Virus record (IMG/VR): IMGVR_UViG_3300020220_003261
DNA from: a virus
Reading direction: 5' to 3' (one strand)
Length of the DNA: 64,000 nt
The first letter of the stretch is position 1, and the number at the start of each line of letters is the position of its first letter. Of the stretch, positions 48,975 to 58,383 are shown in pieces. The notes below the pieces were generated by a model. That model was given only the letters and a program-made list of their open reading frames with translations. It was not told where the DNA came from and did no database searches. Position numbers and translations under genes: made by a program.

Positions 48975-51194
48975 ATGGCACAAATAGTAAAGTTACGTAG
49001 GAGTGCTGTTTCAGGTCAAAAACCAACAAACAGTAATCTACAACTTGGAGAATTAGCATTAAATACTACGGATGGTAAGGCGTTTATGGCCAAATCGGGA
49101 TCATCAGGTCCCTCTGTTGAAGAGTTAATCATAACGAACACGGTTAATACAGGATCAATCCATCTTACTAATAATGTAACCGCATCATTTTTTACAGGTT
49201 CATTCATAGGAAATGGTTCAGGTCTTTATAATGTTCCAGCAAGTGGTGTTACGGGTTTAAATTTATCACAAATTGCAAATGGTTCAGCAACTGCATCAAT
49301 TGATATTAGTGGATTAAATGTAAATGTGGCATTATCTGTCACTGGCTCTGTTAATGCAACTCAATTTACTGGTAGTGGTTTAGGTTTAACAAACGTACCC
49401 TTTCATATTAGTGGCTCTGATATTGATGGTGTAAATTATAATAAACAATTTACCAAATTACAATTTGACGATAGCACAGGTTTAAATGTTAGTGAATCTT
49501 TTAGTGGAACGGCATTCGTATCAATTGGTTCACATTTTAGAGATATTTTTGTTCAAGGACAGAATTTAGTAAGGGCAACTGGCTCTGATTCTGTTGAATT
49601 TATTACACAAGGTGGTTTACAAATTACAACATCACTTTCCGATACTAATTCAAATGGATACGCGAAAGAAATTATTTTCAACGTTTCACCTCTTTCGGCT
49701 TCATTGGTTAATTATGTTGATACACAATATCCTGTTTCAGGTATAACAAGAACTTTAACTGTATCATCACAACAAACAACGTGGTCATTAAATCATAATT
49801 TAGGTTACAAATATCCCGCAATTAATGTTTTTGATAATACGGATAGAGTAATTGTTCCGACTGAAATAAAATTAATTGATAATAATAATTTAGATGTATA
49901 TTTTAATGTTCCTACTGCGGGAACGGTAATAGCAACAATTGGTGGTAGTGGATCCAGTGGAACATCTGGAACAAGTGGATCATCTGGCACATCTGGTACT
50001 TCTGGTTCCTCAGGTACTAGCGGTACAAGTGGAAGTAGTGGAACCTCAGGTACATCGGGTACATCTGGCACATCAGGTTCGAGTGGTTCATCGGGTTCCA
50101 CAACAGTTGGTGCCTATGAATCAATGACTGTATCAACACCTTCAAGTGTGTGGTATTTCAATCATAATTTAGGTGCGAGATATCCAGTTTTTCAAGTTTT
50201 TGATCAGAATGGGTATCAAGTTATACCACAAGAAATATTAGCAGTTGATTTATACAACGCAACAATAACATTCTTATTTCCCGTTTCGGGTGTTATTGTT
50301 GCAACACTCGGTGAAGGCGGTGGTGGATCTTCAGGCACATCGGGTTCCTCAGGAACCGCTGGTACATCAGGAAGTAGTGGAACAAGTGGTACTTCAGGTA
50401 GTGCTGGTACAAGTGGAACATCTGGCACAAGTGGTTCAAATGGTAGTTCTGGTACTTCGGGTTCAAGTGGAACATCTGGCACAAGTGGTTCTAGTGGATC
50501 TTCGGGGACCAGTGGAACGTCTGGAACTTCAGGAAGTAGTGGAACAAGTGGGACAGCTGGAACAAGTGGTAGTTCAGGAACTTCTGGCACATCGGGTTCA
50601 TCTGGCACAAGTGGTTCTTCAGGCACAAGTGGTACAAGCGGTAGTAGTGGTACATCGGGCACATCTGGTAGTTCAGGAACATCTGGTACTTCAGGTTCTA
50701 GTGGCACTGCAGGAACATCTGGTACATCTGTTTCTATAAATGGTGCAACTAACACCGTTCTCAAATTTGAATCATCAACAGGAGTTACTAATTCATCAAT
50801 TGTTGATACAGGAACATTAGTTAAAATTGATAATAATACAACAATAACAGGTTCATTAATTGTTACAAATAATTTTGATATTAAAAATGCACAATTAAAA
50901 AATTTATCATCAAATGTTATCTCAGGTTCAAACACATTAGTATCAACATTGACAGGTTCGTATAATTCTGCATTTTTTAATTATTCAATTTTTGATAATT
51001 CAAATGCGAGAGCGGGTATTATTGTTGCTGCTTGGAATGGTAATAATATAAATTTTAATGAGACAACAACCGCAGATATCGGAAATACAAGTGACGTATT
51101 TTTTAATGTAAATCTTTCTAATGAAGGACATGTTCAGTTTAAAGTTAATACGAATTCAAGTTGGACATTTAAAACAATAACAACATTTTTATAA
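48975..51194 (+). CDS. Tail fibre protein with Gly-Ser/Thr-Ser/Thr tracts
   Basis: N-terminal MAQIVKLRRS...LQLGELALNTTDGK, two HNLG..YP..V(F)D modules, G-S/T-S/T tracts at about 49941-50099 and 50317-50729. Confidence 0.8.
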   Translation: MAQIVKLRRSAVSGQKPTNSNLQLGELALNTTDGKAFMAKSGSSGPSVEELIITNTVNTGSIHLTNNVTASFFTGSFIGNGSGLYNVPASGVTGLNLSQIANGSATASIDISGLNVNVALSVTGSVNATQFTGSGLGLTNVPFHISGSDIDGVNYNKQFTKLQFDDSTGLNVSESFSGTAFVSIGSHFRDIFVQGQNLVRATGSDSVEFITQGGLQITTSLSDTNSNGYAKEIIFNVSPLSASLVNYVDTQYPVSGITRTLTVSSQQTTWSLNHNLGYKYPAINVFDNTDRVIVPTEIKLIDNNNLDVYFNVPTAGTVIATIGGSGSSGTSGTSGSSGTSGTSGSSGTSGTSGSSGTSGTSGTSGTSGSSGSSGSTTVGAYESMTVSTPSSVWYFNHNLGARYPVFQVFDQNGYQVIPQEILAVDLYNATITFLFPVSGVIVATLGEGGGGSSGTSGSSGTAGTSGSSGTSGTSGSAGTSGTSGTSGSNGSSGTSGSSGTSGTSGSSGSSGTSGTSGTSGSSGTSGTAGTSGSSGTSGTSGSSGTSGSSGTSGTSGSSGTSGTSGSSGTSGTSGSSGTAGTSGTSVSINGATNTVLKFESSTGVTNSSIVDTGTLVKIDNNTTITGSLIVTNNFDIKNAQLKNLSSNVISGSNTLVSTLTGSYNSAFFNYSIFDNSNARAGIIVAAWNGNNINFNETTTADIGNTSDVFFNVNLSNEGHVQFKVNTNSSWTFKTITTFL

Positions 51195-51239
51195 TAAAAA
51201 GTTTTTTATGGATTATGATTAACATCTGTAATTATGAAA

Positions 51240-51260
51240 TATTTATAAAAGACTTAGTCT
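51240..51260 (+). promoter_or_regulatory. TATTTATA putative late promoter followed by AGACT-T-AGTCT inverted repeat
   Basis: Intergenic, upstream of fibre gene 51282. Confidence 0.6.
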
Positions 51261-51281
51261 AATAAAACCAAATAAGAAGAA

Positions 51282-54200
51282 ATGGCAAATCAATTTATAG
51301 TAAAAAATGGTCTAATTGTTGACCAAGGTGGATTAAATGTAACGGGATCCTCACAAATATCTGGATCGTTGGGTATAACTGGATCATTAAACGTTTCAGG
51401 TAGTCAAAATATTATAGGTAATTTGGTTGTTGGTGGTAACTTATCCGCTAATCAATTTATTGTTTCTTCTTCTGTTAGTCATATTACTACGTCATTTTCT
51501 TCTGGTTCTACAAAATTTGGTGATAGTTTAGACGACACTCACCAATTTACTGGTTCTTTTTCTGTTACAGGTTCTTTATCAATAAATGGTACAGAATATT
51601 TAGCCGCGACATCAGGTACCTCTGGTACAAGCGGTAGTAGTGGTACAAGTGGTTCTAGTGGTTCTTCAGGAACGGCTGGTACATCGGGAACTTCTGGTAC
51701 ATCAGGAAGTTCTGGTTCTTCAGGAACAAGTGGTAGTAGTGGAACTAGTGGTACCTCAGGTACATCTGGTTCTAGTGGTACTTCAGGAAGTTCAGGAACA
51801 AGTGGTACATCAGGAAGTAGTGGTTCAAGTGGTTCAAGTGGTTCGAGTGGTTCTAGTGGAACGTCAGGTTCATCTGGTTCTTCAGGTACATCGGGTACCT
51901 CAGGTTCAAGTGGAACATCAGGTTCTTCAGGAACTAGTGGTACAAGTGGTTCATCTGGAACAAGTGGTACATCAGGAACATCAGGTAGTAGTGGAACATC
52001 AGGTAGTAGTGGAACATCAGGTAGTAGTGGATCATCAGGTTCTTCAGGTTCTAGTGGTACTTCAGGTTCTTCGGGAACCTCAGGCACTAGTGGAACATCA
52101 GGTAGTAGTGGAACTTCAGGTAGTAGTGGAACTTCAGGTACATCTGGTAGTTCGGGTAGTTCGGGTTCTAGTGGAACAAGCGGTAGTAACGGTTCTTCTG
52201 GTACATCAGGAACTTCAGGAACAAGTGGTTCATCAGGATCTTCAGGAAGTTCTGGTACATCTGGTACATCAGGAAGTAGTGGTACATCAGGTAGTTCAGG
52301 TTCATCAGGAAGCTCTGGAACATCAGGTACTTCAGGAACATCTGGTTCTTCAGGATCAAGTGGTAGTAGTGGAACATCAGGAACCTCAGGTTCATCGGGT
52401 TCAAGTGGTAGTAGTGGAACAGCTGGTACATCAGGTACATCTGGTGTGGATGGTGCTTCAGGTACATCCGGTACAAGTGGTTCATCTGGCACTTCAGGAA
52501 CATCAGGAACTAGTGGTAGTTCAGGTTCTAATGGTTCTTCAGGAACAAGTGGTACATCAGGGACTGCTGGTACATCAGGAAGTTCTGGTTCAAGTGGTAG
52601 TAGTGGTACAAGTGGAACAGCTGGTACATCCGGTACAAGTGGTTCTTCTGGTACTTCGGAGGTTTATAAGACCACCTCAGCAACTTCACATACATTAGGT
52701 CAAGGAGGTTCATTAACAGTTCCAAGTGGGTTAAGTTACTCAGTTGGACAATCAATTATAATTGCATATGATGTAAATCATTACCAAGAATCAGATGTGG
52801 TATCATATAGCGGTACAACATTGACATTCACAGCACCAGATGCAAATGGTACTGTTGGTAGTGGAACATATTCATCATGGACTATCAACTTAGATGGCGC
52901 TACAGGTGCTGATGGTACATCAGGTACATCAGGTTCTTCTGGAACGTCAGGAACATCAGGTAGTTCAGGTTCAAGTGGTTCTTCAGGAACTGCAGGTACA
53001 AGTGGAACATCAGGAAGTTCAGGTAGTTCAGGATCATCAGGAACTAGTGGAACGTCTGGAACATCAGGAACAAGTGGAAGTTCAGGATCATCAGGAAGTA
53101 GTGGAACGTCCGGTACATCAGGTACTTCAGGAACTTCTGGCTCTTCGGGTTCTTCTGGTAGTAGTGGAACCGCGGGAACGTCTGGTTCTTCAGGAACATC
53201 AGGAAGCAGTGGAACGAGTGGAACGTCGGGTTCTTCTGGAACGTCAGGAACATCAGGAACAAGTGGAAGTTCAGGTTCATCTGGTTCTTCAGGAACAAGT
53301 GGCACATCAGGTTCTTCAGGAAGCTCAGGTTCTTCAGGAACTTCGGGTACTTCAGGAACTTCAGGAAGTAGTGGTACTTCAGGTTCTTCAGGTAGTACAA
53401 CTGTAGGTGCATATAACTCATTAACGGTTAATTCACCATCAACAACATGGGCATTCCAACACGATTTAGGTGCGAGATATCCTGTTGTTCAAGTTTACGA
53501 TACTGAAGGTTTTGCGATAATACCACAATCAATCAAAGCAATTGATTTATACAATATTGAAATAGGATTCTCATCACCACAAGCAGGTTTAGTGGCAGTT
53601 ACACTTGGTGAAGGTGGTGGTGGTTCATCAGGTACTTCAGGAACATCAGGTTCAAGTGGAAGTTCTGGTACTTCAGGAACATCAGGTTCTTCTGGTACAA
53701 GTGGTTCCAGTGGATCAAGTGGAACATCAGGTTCTTCTGGTTCAAGTGGTACTTCAGGAACAAGCGGAACATCTGGTTCTTCAGGAACCGCAGGTACTTC
53801 AGGAACTTCAGGTTCATCTGGTACATCAGGCAGTTCAGGAACATCGGGTTCAAGTGGTACAAGTGGTTCATCAGGATCTTCAGGAAGTTCAGGAACAAGT
53901 GGTTCTTCAGGTAGTTCTGGTTCTTCTGGTACTTCAGGAACATCTGGTACTTCAGGAAGTTCAGGAACAAGTGGTTCTTCAGGTAGTTCTGGTTCTTCTG
54001 GAACATCTGGTACAAGTGGTTCATCAGGAACTTCAGGAAGTTCTGGCACATCAGGAAGTTCAGGAAGTAGTGGAACATCTGGAACATCAGGTTCAAGTGG
54101 TACAAGTGGAACATCTGGATCTTCTGGAACGTCTGGAACAAGCGGTAGTAGCGGAACATCTGGTACCTCGGGTACGTCAGGTTCGTCAGGATCATCTGGA

Positions 54201-54686
54201 AGTAGTGGAACATCTGGTTCATCTGGTACGTCAGGAACGGCCGGTACTTCAGGATTATTAACACTAACAGGTTCAACTAATAATGGTGTTATAACATATG
54301 ACGGAAGTGGAACAAATGCTACTGTTGAGTCTAACATAACCTTTAGTGGTTCAACACTATCATTGACAGGTGACTTGTTATTAAATGGTAAGGTAGATGT
54401 TCGTACAAGTAATCAATCTGTAAGTACTAGTACAACAATGTTCACATTATCAGAATATAACGGTGTGGTTCTTGATTACTTAGTAAAGAGTGGTTCTAAT
54501 ATGAGAGCGGGTAGTATAGTTGGTATATGGAATGGTTCAACATCTAATTTGACTGAAACCACAACAACTGACTTAGGTAATACAACAGCGATTTCATTCA
54601 CTATATCTAATAGTGGCACGGTTACTGTAACATCATCTTCAGGAACTTGGAGTGTAGTTATGTTCGCAAGAGCACTATCTATATAA
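51282..54686 (+). CDS. Tail fibre protein with about 700 aa of Gly-Ser/Thr-Ser/Thr tracts
   Basis: N-terminal MANQFIVKNGL, three tracts separated by small globular modules, C-terminal domain paralogous to that of 48975. Confidence 0.8.
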   Translation: MANQFIVKNGLIVDQGGLNVTGSSQISGSLGITGSLNVSGSQNIIGNLVVGGNLSANQFIVSSSVSHITTSFSSGSTKFGDSLDDTHQFTGSFSVTGSLSINGTEYLAATSGTSGTSGSSGTSGSSGSSGTAGTSGTSGTSGSSGSSGTSGSSGTSGTSGTSGSSGTSGSSGTSGTSGSSGSSGSSGSSGSSGTSGSSGSSGTSGTSGSSGTSGSSGTSGTSGSSGTSGTSGTSGSSGTSGSSGTSGSSGSSGSSGSSGTSGSSGTSGTSGTSGSSGTSGSSGTSGTSGSSGSSGSSGTSGSNGSSGTSGTSGTSGSSGSSGSSGTSGTSGSSGTSGSSGSSGSSGTSGTSGTSGSSGSSGSSGTSGTSGSSGSSGSSGTAGTSGTSGVDGASGTSGTSGSSGTSGTSGTSGSSGSNGSSGTSGTSGTAGTSGSSGSSGSSGTSGTAGTSGTSGSSGTSEVYKTTSATSHTLGQGGSLTVPSGLSYSVGQSIIIAYDVNHYQESDVVSYSGTTLTFTAPDANGTVGSGTYSSWTINLDGATGADGTSGTSGSSGTSGTSGSSGSSGSSGTAGTSGTSGSSGSSGSSGTSGTSGTSGTSGSSGSSGSSGTSGTSGTSGTSGSSGSSGSSGTAGTSGSSGTSGSSGTSGTSGSSGTSGTSGTSGSSGSSGSSGTSGTSGSSGSSGSSGTSGTSGTSGSSGTSGSSGSTTVGAYNSLTVNSPSTTWAFQHDLGARYPVVQVYDTEGFAIIPQSIKAIDLYNIEIGFSSPQAGLVAVTLGEGGGGSSGTSGTSGSSGSSGTSGTSGSSGTSGSSGSSGTSGSSGSSGTSGTSGTSGSSGTAGTSGTSGSSGTSGSSGTSGSSGTSGSSGSSGSSGTSGSSGSSGSSGTSGTSGTSGSSGTSGSSGSSGSSGTSGTSGSSGTSGSSGTSGSSGSSGTSGTSGSSGTSGTSGSSGTSGTSGSSGTSGTSGTSGSSGSSGSSGTSGSSGTSGTAGTSGLLTLTGSTNNGVITYDGSGTNATVESNITFSGSTLSLTGDLLLNGKVDVRTSNQSVSTSTTMFTLSEYNGVVLDYLVKSGSNMRAGSIVGIWNGSTSNLTETTTTDLGNTTAISFTISNSGTVTVTSSSGTWSVVMFARALSI
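51610..54252 (+). repeat. In-frame (G-S/T-S/T)n tracts at about 51610-52657, 52910-53397 and 53610-54252
   Basis: Gly at every third residue with X/Y almost only Ser or Thr. Synonymous codons are diversified. Confidence 0.95.
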
Positions 54687-54705
54687 TATAAAAAAAAATT
54701 AAATG

Positions 54706-54732
54706 AAAGGGGGATTTATTCCCCCTTTTTTA
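54706..54732 (+). terminator. Intrinsic terminator
   Basis: AAAGGGGGA/TCCCCCTTT stem with TTTAT loop, followed by a T run. Confidence 0.85.
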
Positions 54733-54752
54733 TTTTATGACCAATGATTAAA

Positions 54753-54760
54753 TATTTATA
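54753..54760 (+). promoter_or_regulatory. TATTTATA putative late promoter
   Basis: Between the terminator at 54706 and fibre gene 54807. Confidence 0.6.
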
Positions 54761-54806
54761 GTAAACATTTGAACACCATTAGTGGATAATGAAACTAATT
54801 TGATAA

Positions 54807-56975
54807 ATGGCAAACGAATTTAAAGTCAAAAATGGCCTGATTGTATCAGGCTCGGCGGATATAATAGGAGATTTAAATATTAAAGGTAATATTGTTGCTC
54901 AACAATATATTATATCCTCTTCAGTAATTTACCAAACCGCGTCTTTTGTTAGTGGTTCTAACAAATTCGGTAATTCAAGTGATGATACTCATGACTTTAC
55001 AGGTTCATTAAAAGTTAGTGGTAGTTTAGTTTTAAATGATGTAATATTTGTTGCATCTTCATCTGGTACATCTGGTACTTCAGGATCAAGTGGTAGTTCG
55101 GGTTCTAGTGGTACATCAGGAACATCTGGTTCTAGTGGTACTTCAGGTAGTAGTGGAACATCAGGTTCAAGTGGATCATCAGGTTCTTCAGGTTCTAGTG
55201 GTACTTCAGGTTCTTCGGGAACAAGTGGAACATCTGGTTCATCAGGAACATCAGGTAGTTCGGGAAGTAGTGGTACATCAGGAAGTAGTGGTTCTAGTGG
55301 TTCTTCAGGTACTTCAGGTACATCAGGCAGTTCAGGAACATCTGGTTCATCAGGATTAAGTGGGTCATCGGGAACATCTGGCACAAGTGGTTCTTCAGGA
55401 AGTTCGGGTTCATCAGGTAGTTCAGGTAGTTCAGGTTCATCGGGGACATCGGGGTTAAGTGGTACTTCAGGTACATCCGGTTCAAGTGGAACAAGCGGTA
55501 GTTCTGGTTCAAGTGGTTCTTCTGGTTCATCTGGTACAAGTGGTAGCTCAGGTATCTCGGGTTCATCGGGAACATCTGGTAATAGTGGTAGCTCGGGTAC
55601 CAGTGGTACTTCAGGTTCGTCAGGAAGTTCGGGTTCTTCGGGTAATTCAGGAAGTAGTGGAACAAGCGGTAGTAGTGGAACATCTGGTACTAGCGGTTCT
55701 TCAGGAAGTTCAGGTAGCTCTGGTTCAAGTGGAAGTAGTGGTTCTAGTGGTTCTTCTGGTTCATCTGGTACAAGTGGAGCTAATGGTTCATCAGGAACAT
55801 CAGGGTCCAGTGGAAGTAGTGGTTCAAGTGGAAGTAGTGGAACAAGTGGAAGTAGTGGTAGTTCTGGTTCATCAGGAACCTCAGGAAGTAGTGGTACATC
55901 GGGAACTTCAGGAAGTAGTGGAACGAGTGGAACATCTGGCTCTTCAGGAACTAGTGGTAGTAGTGGTAGTAGTGGAAGTAGTGGAAGTAGTGGTTCATCG
56001 GGAACATCAGGTTCTAGTGGTTCTTCAGGTTCATCGGGAACATCAGGTTCTAGTGGTTCTTCAGGTTCTTCAGGTTCATCAGGTTCTAGTGGTTCATCTG
56101 GTACTTCGGGAACATCAGGTAGTTCAGGTTCATCTGGCTCAAGTGGAACATCAGGATCTTCGGGGTCGAGCGGAAGTTCTGGATCATCAGGTTCAAGCGG
56201 GTCAAGTGGTAGTTCGGGAAGTAGTGGTACTGTAACACTTAGTGGTACCTTAGATAATGGTATATTAACCCTTAATGGTTCATCACCAAACGTAACTGTT
56301 GAATCAAATGCAAGATTCACAGGAACATTAATGTCGGTTACGGGTTCCGTTGAAATATATAAATCAGGGTCAATTGTATTGGACGTTCAGGGTTCATTAG
56401 GTCAATTGTTTTCCGTAACAGACAGTTTAACAGGAGATATATTTTCAGTATCTGATCAATCGGGTATTCCTATATTAAATGTAAACGCTAGTGGTAGTGT
56501 TCAAATAGACGGTCAATTAACTGTAAGTGGGACAACAACATATTTGACAGGTGCCCTTGGTGTCGGAACAAATACACCAACAACTGTTGGTTTAATTAGA
56601 GCAACAAACGATGTAATTGCCTTTTATGGGTCAGACGAACGATTGAAAACAAATGTTGAACCAATAAGGGGTTCTTTAGATAAACTATCTCAAATAAATG
56701 GTTACGAATTTGATTGGATAGAAATGAAAGGTATTCACGAAAATGAGGGTCATGATATTGGTGTGATAGCACAAGAAATTGAAAAGGTTTTACCTGAAAT
56801 TGTAACAACTAGAGATAATGGGTATAAGGCTGTTAAATATGAAAAACTTGTTGCACTTTTAATAGAAACAAACAAAGAATTACTAAAACAGATTGAAAAT
56901 ATTAATAATAATAATCATAAATTATTAAAACGTATTGAAACGTTAGAACAAAAAATTAAGTATGGGGATTTTTAG
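54807..56975 (+). CDS. Distal tail fibre protein with G-S/T-S/T tract and C-terminal intramolecular chaperone (peptidase S74)
   Basis: MANEFKVKNGL N-terminus; SDERLKTNV...GYEFDW...IGVIAQEIEKVLPEIV...VKYEKLVALLIE S74 domain. Confidence 0.88.
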   Translation: MANEFKVKNGLIVSGSADIIGDLNIKGNIVAQQYIISSSVIYQTASFVSGSNKFGNSSDDTHDFTGSLKVSGSLVLNDVIFVASSSGTSGTSGSSGSSGSSGTSGTSGSSGTSGSSGTSGSSGSSGSSGSSGTSGSSGTSGTSGSSGTSGSSGSSGTSGSSGSSGSSGTSGTSGSSGTSGSSGLSGSSGTSGTSGSSGSSGSSGSSGSSGSSGTSGLSGTSGTSGSSGTSGSSGSSGSSGSSGTSGSSGISGSSGTSGNSGSSGTSGTSGSSGSSGSSGNSGSSGTSGSSGTSGTSGSSGSSGSSGSSGSSGSSGSSGSSGTSGANGSSGTSGSSGSSGSSGSSGTSGSSGSSGSSGTSGSSGTSGTSGSSGTSGTSGSSGTSGSSGSSGSSGSSGSSGTSGSSGSSGSSGTSGSSGSSGSSGSSGSSGSSGTSGTSGSSGSSGSSGTSGSSGSSGSSGSSGSSGSSGSSGSSGTVTLSGTLDNGILTLNGSSPNVTVESNARFTGTLMSVTGSVEIYKSGSIVLDVQGSLGQLFSVTDSLTGDIFSVSDQSGIPILNVNASGSVQIDGQLTVSGTTTYLTGALGVGTNTPTTVGLIRATNDVIAFYGSDERLKTNVEPIRGSLDKLSQINGYEFDWIEMKGIHENEGHDIGVIAQEIEKVLPEIVTTRDNGYKAVKYEKLVALLIETNKELLKQIENINNNNHKLLKRIETLEQKIKYGDF
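55056..56230 (+). repeat. In-frame (G-S/T-S/T)n tract, about 390 aa
   Basis: Continuous SGTSGSSG... with rare L, I, N or A substitutions at non-Gly positions. Confidence 0.95.
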
Positions 56976-57606
56976 AGGACCCAATATTGTTAAAGATGGT
57001 TTAGTTATGATTGTGGATGCGGGTTCATATAGATCATATCCCGGTTCGGGATCAACGTGGTTTGATTTATCTAAAAACGGACACAATATTTCATTGGGTA
57101 GTTCAGTTACTTTCTCAAGTGATTTTGGTGGTGTTTTGAGATTTGCCGAAAACGGAAACGGATATGGTAGAAATACTTCTATGAATATGTCAAGTACAAA
57201 CTATACTGTGATTTCATATGTAAGAAAAATGAGTAATGGAAATGATGGTAGAACGATAACCGCGTATAATAATAATTGGTTATTAGCACATCATGATAAT
57301 ACATATGGTGATTATTATGCAGAAGGATGGGTAAATGATATTACATCCCCAACGTCTGATACTACTTGGAGAATGTTTACCGGAACAGGAAATATTTCAG
57401 GAGATGTATATCAATTATATATTAATGATTCACTAAGCGTGTCAAATAGTAATGGATCACAGGGTCCTAATGGTTGGAATTTAAATAATCAATACGGACA
57501 ATATTCTGATTGTCAAATAGCAAATTTAATTGTTTATAATAGAGTTTTATCTTCATCAGAAATATCTCAAATATATAATGCAACAAAAAAAAGATTTGGA
57601 ATATGA
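56962..57606 (+). CDS. LamG/concanavalin A-like lectin-fold protein (candidate fibre-tip adhesin)
   Basis: GPNIVKDGLVMIVDAG..SYPGSGSTWFDLS...IANLIVYNRVLSSSEISQIYNA. Confidence 0.8.
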   Translation: MGIFRGPNIVKDGLVMIVDAGSYRSYPGSGSTWFDLSKNGHNISLGSSVTFSSDFGGVLRFAENGNGYGRNTSMNMSSTNYTVISYVRKMSNGNDGRTITAYNNNWLLAHHDNTYGDYYAEGWVNDITSPTSDTTWRMFTGTGNISGDVYQLYINDSLSVSNSNGSQGPNGWNLNNQYGQYSDCQIANLIVYNRVLSSSEISQIYNATKKRFGI

Positions 57607-57815
57607 AAACTGAAGAATATTATATTGGAGAAATTAAAGTAATTAAGATTATTAATGATGAGGAAGACCTATCGACAGAAGAAGATAGAAATTATTGGCT
57701 ATCTATATGTGAATCTTGTAAAAAATATAATGAAGGAAGGTGTGGTGAATGTGGTTGTATTGTATTAAGTATGATGTCACTCAAGGAATCTAAATGTCCA
57801 ATAAATAAATGGTAG
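57603..57815 (+). CDS. Small Cys-rich protein (DUF6171-like)
   Basis: CESC...CGECGC...KCPINKW. Confidence 0.7.
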   Translation: MKTEEYYIGEIKVIKIINDEEDLSTEEDRNYWLSICESCKKYNEGRCGECGCIVLSMMSLKESKCPINKW

Positions 57816-57816
57816 T

Positions 57817-58383
57817 ATGGGAGTATATACTGTAAACTCTACAATAATAAAAGAAAACGACATTTACGGAATTACGTTATATAATTGCACAATTATAAAT
57901 TCCGAAACCGGTAATTATGGTCCGTATGGTGGATATCAAATTAAAGTTTCACATGATACTTCTGGATGTGGAAACCCAGGTAGTAACTTCTATGTAGAAA
58001 TAAAGAGTAGTGTGGTTGGTAAATATTTAAGTTGTGAGTTTGAAATGACAGGAGTTGCTTCTTGTTGGGGATTTAATGACGGTGGATACTCTGGAACAGA
58101 TGGTAATTTACTTTCATATAATGAATCAAGTGGTGATATTATACCAAATTACAGATCTTTAAATTCTTGGGAAAAAACACAATTTCAAACTCACAGTAAA
58201 ATAAGTGCATGCGACAACGACTCAAATAATTTTTTTCATAGTGGTTATCACACCGGCAACCCCAAAATATTTTTAATGAGAAGAAGAAGAAATAATTTAA
58301 ATTCAAATTTCGGTCCAGCACATGGAAGATCGTGTAATAACACTGGTGTACATACAATAATAAGAAATATAAGAGTTTGGTAA
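57817..58383 (+). CDS. hypothetical Cys-containing protein in fibre-tip cassette
   Basis: Intact ORF with SGCG, SCWGF, ACDN and GRSC motifs. Confidence 0.75.
   Translation: MGVYTVNSTIIKENDIYGITLYNCTIINSETGNYGPYGGYQIKVSHDTSGCGNPGSNFYVEIKSSVVGKYLSCEFEMTGVASCWGFNDGGYSGTDGNLLSYNESSGDIIPNYRSLNSWEKTQFQTHSKISACDNDSNNFFHSGYHTGNPKIFLMRRRRNNLNSNFGPAHGRSCNNTGVHTIIRNIRVW

Noticed and set aside
51610-56230. Ice-nucleation protein annotation for the Ser/Gly/Thr tracts
   Set aside because: The period is 3 with invariant Gly, not the AGYGSTxT 8/16-residue InaZ repeat. Ice binding is kept only as a testable idea.
49805-56320. Long antisense Pro/Glu/Val/Asp-rich ORFs (for example 51539-52492, 54989-56320) and off-frame Val/Gln/His-rich + strand ORFs
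   Set aside because: These are shadow frames of the G-S/T-S/T codons (GGN/TCN/AGT/ACN give few stops in other frames). They begin and end with the tracts and have no promoter or start context.
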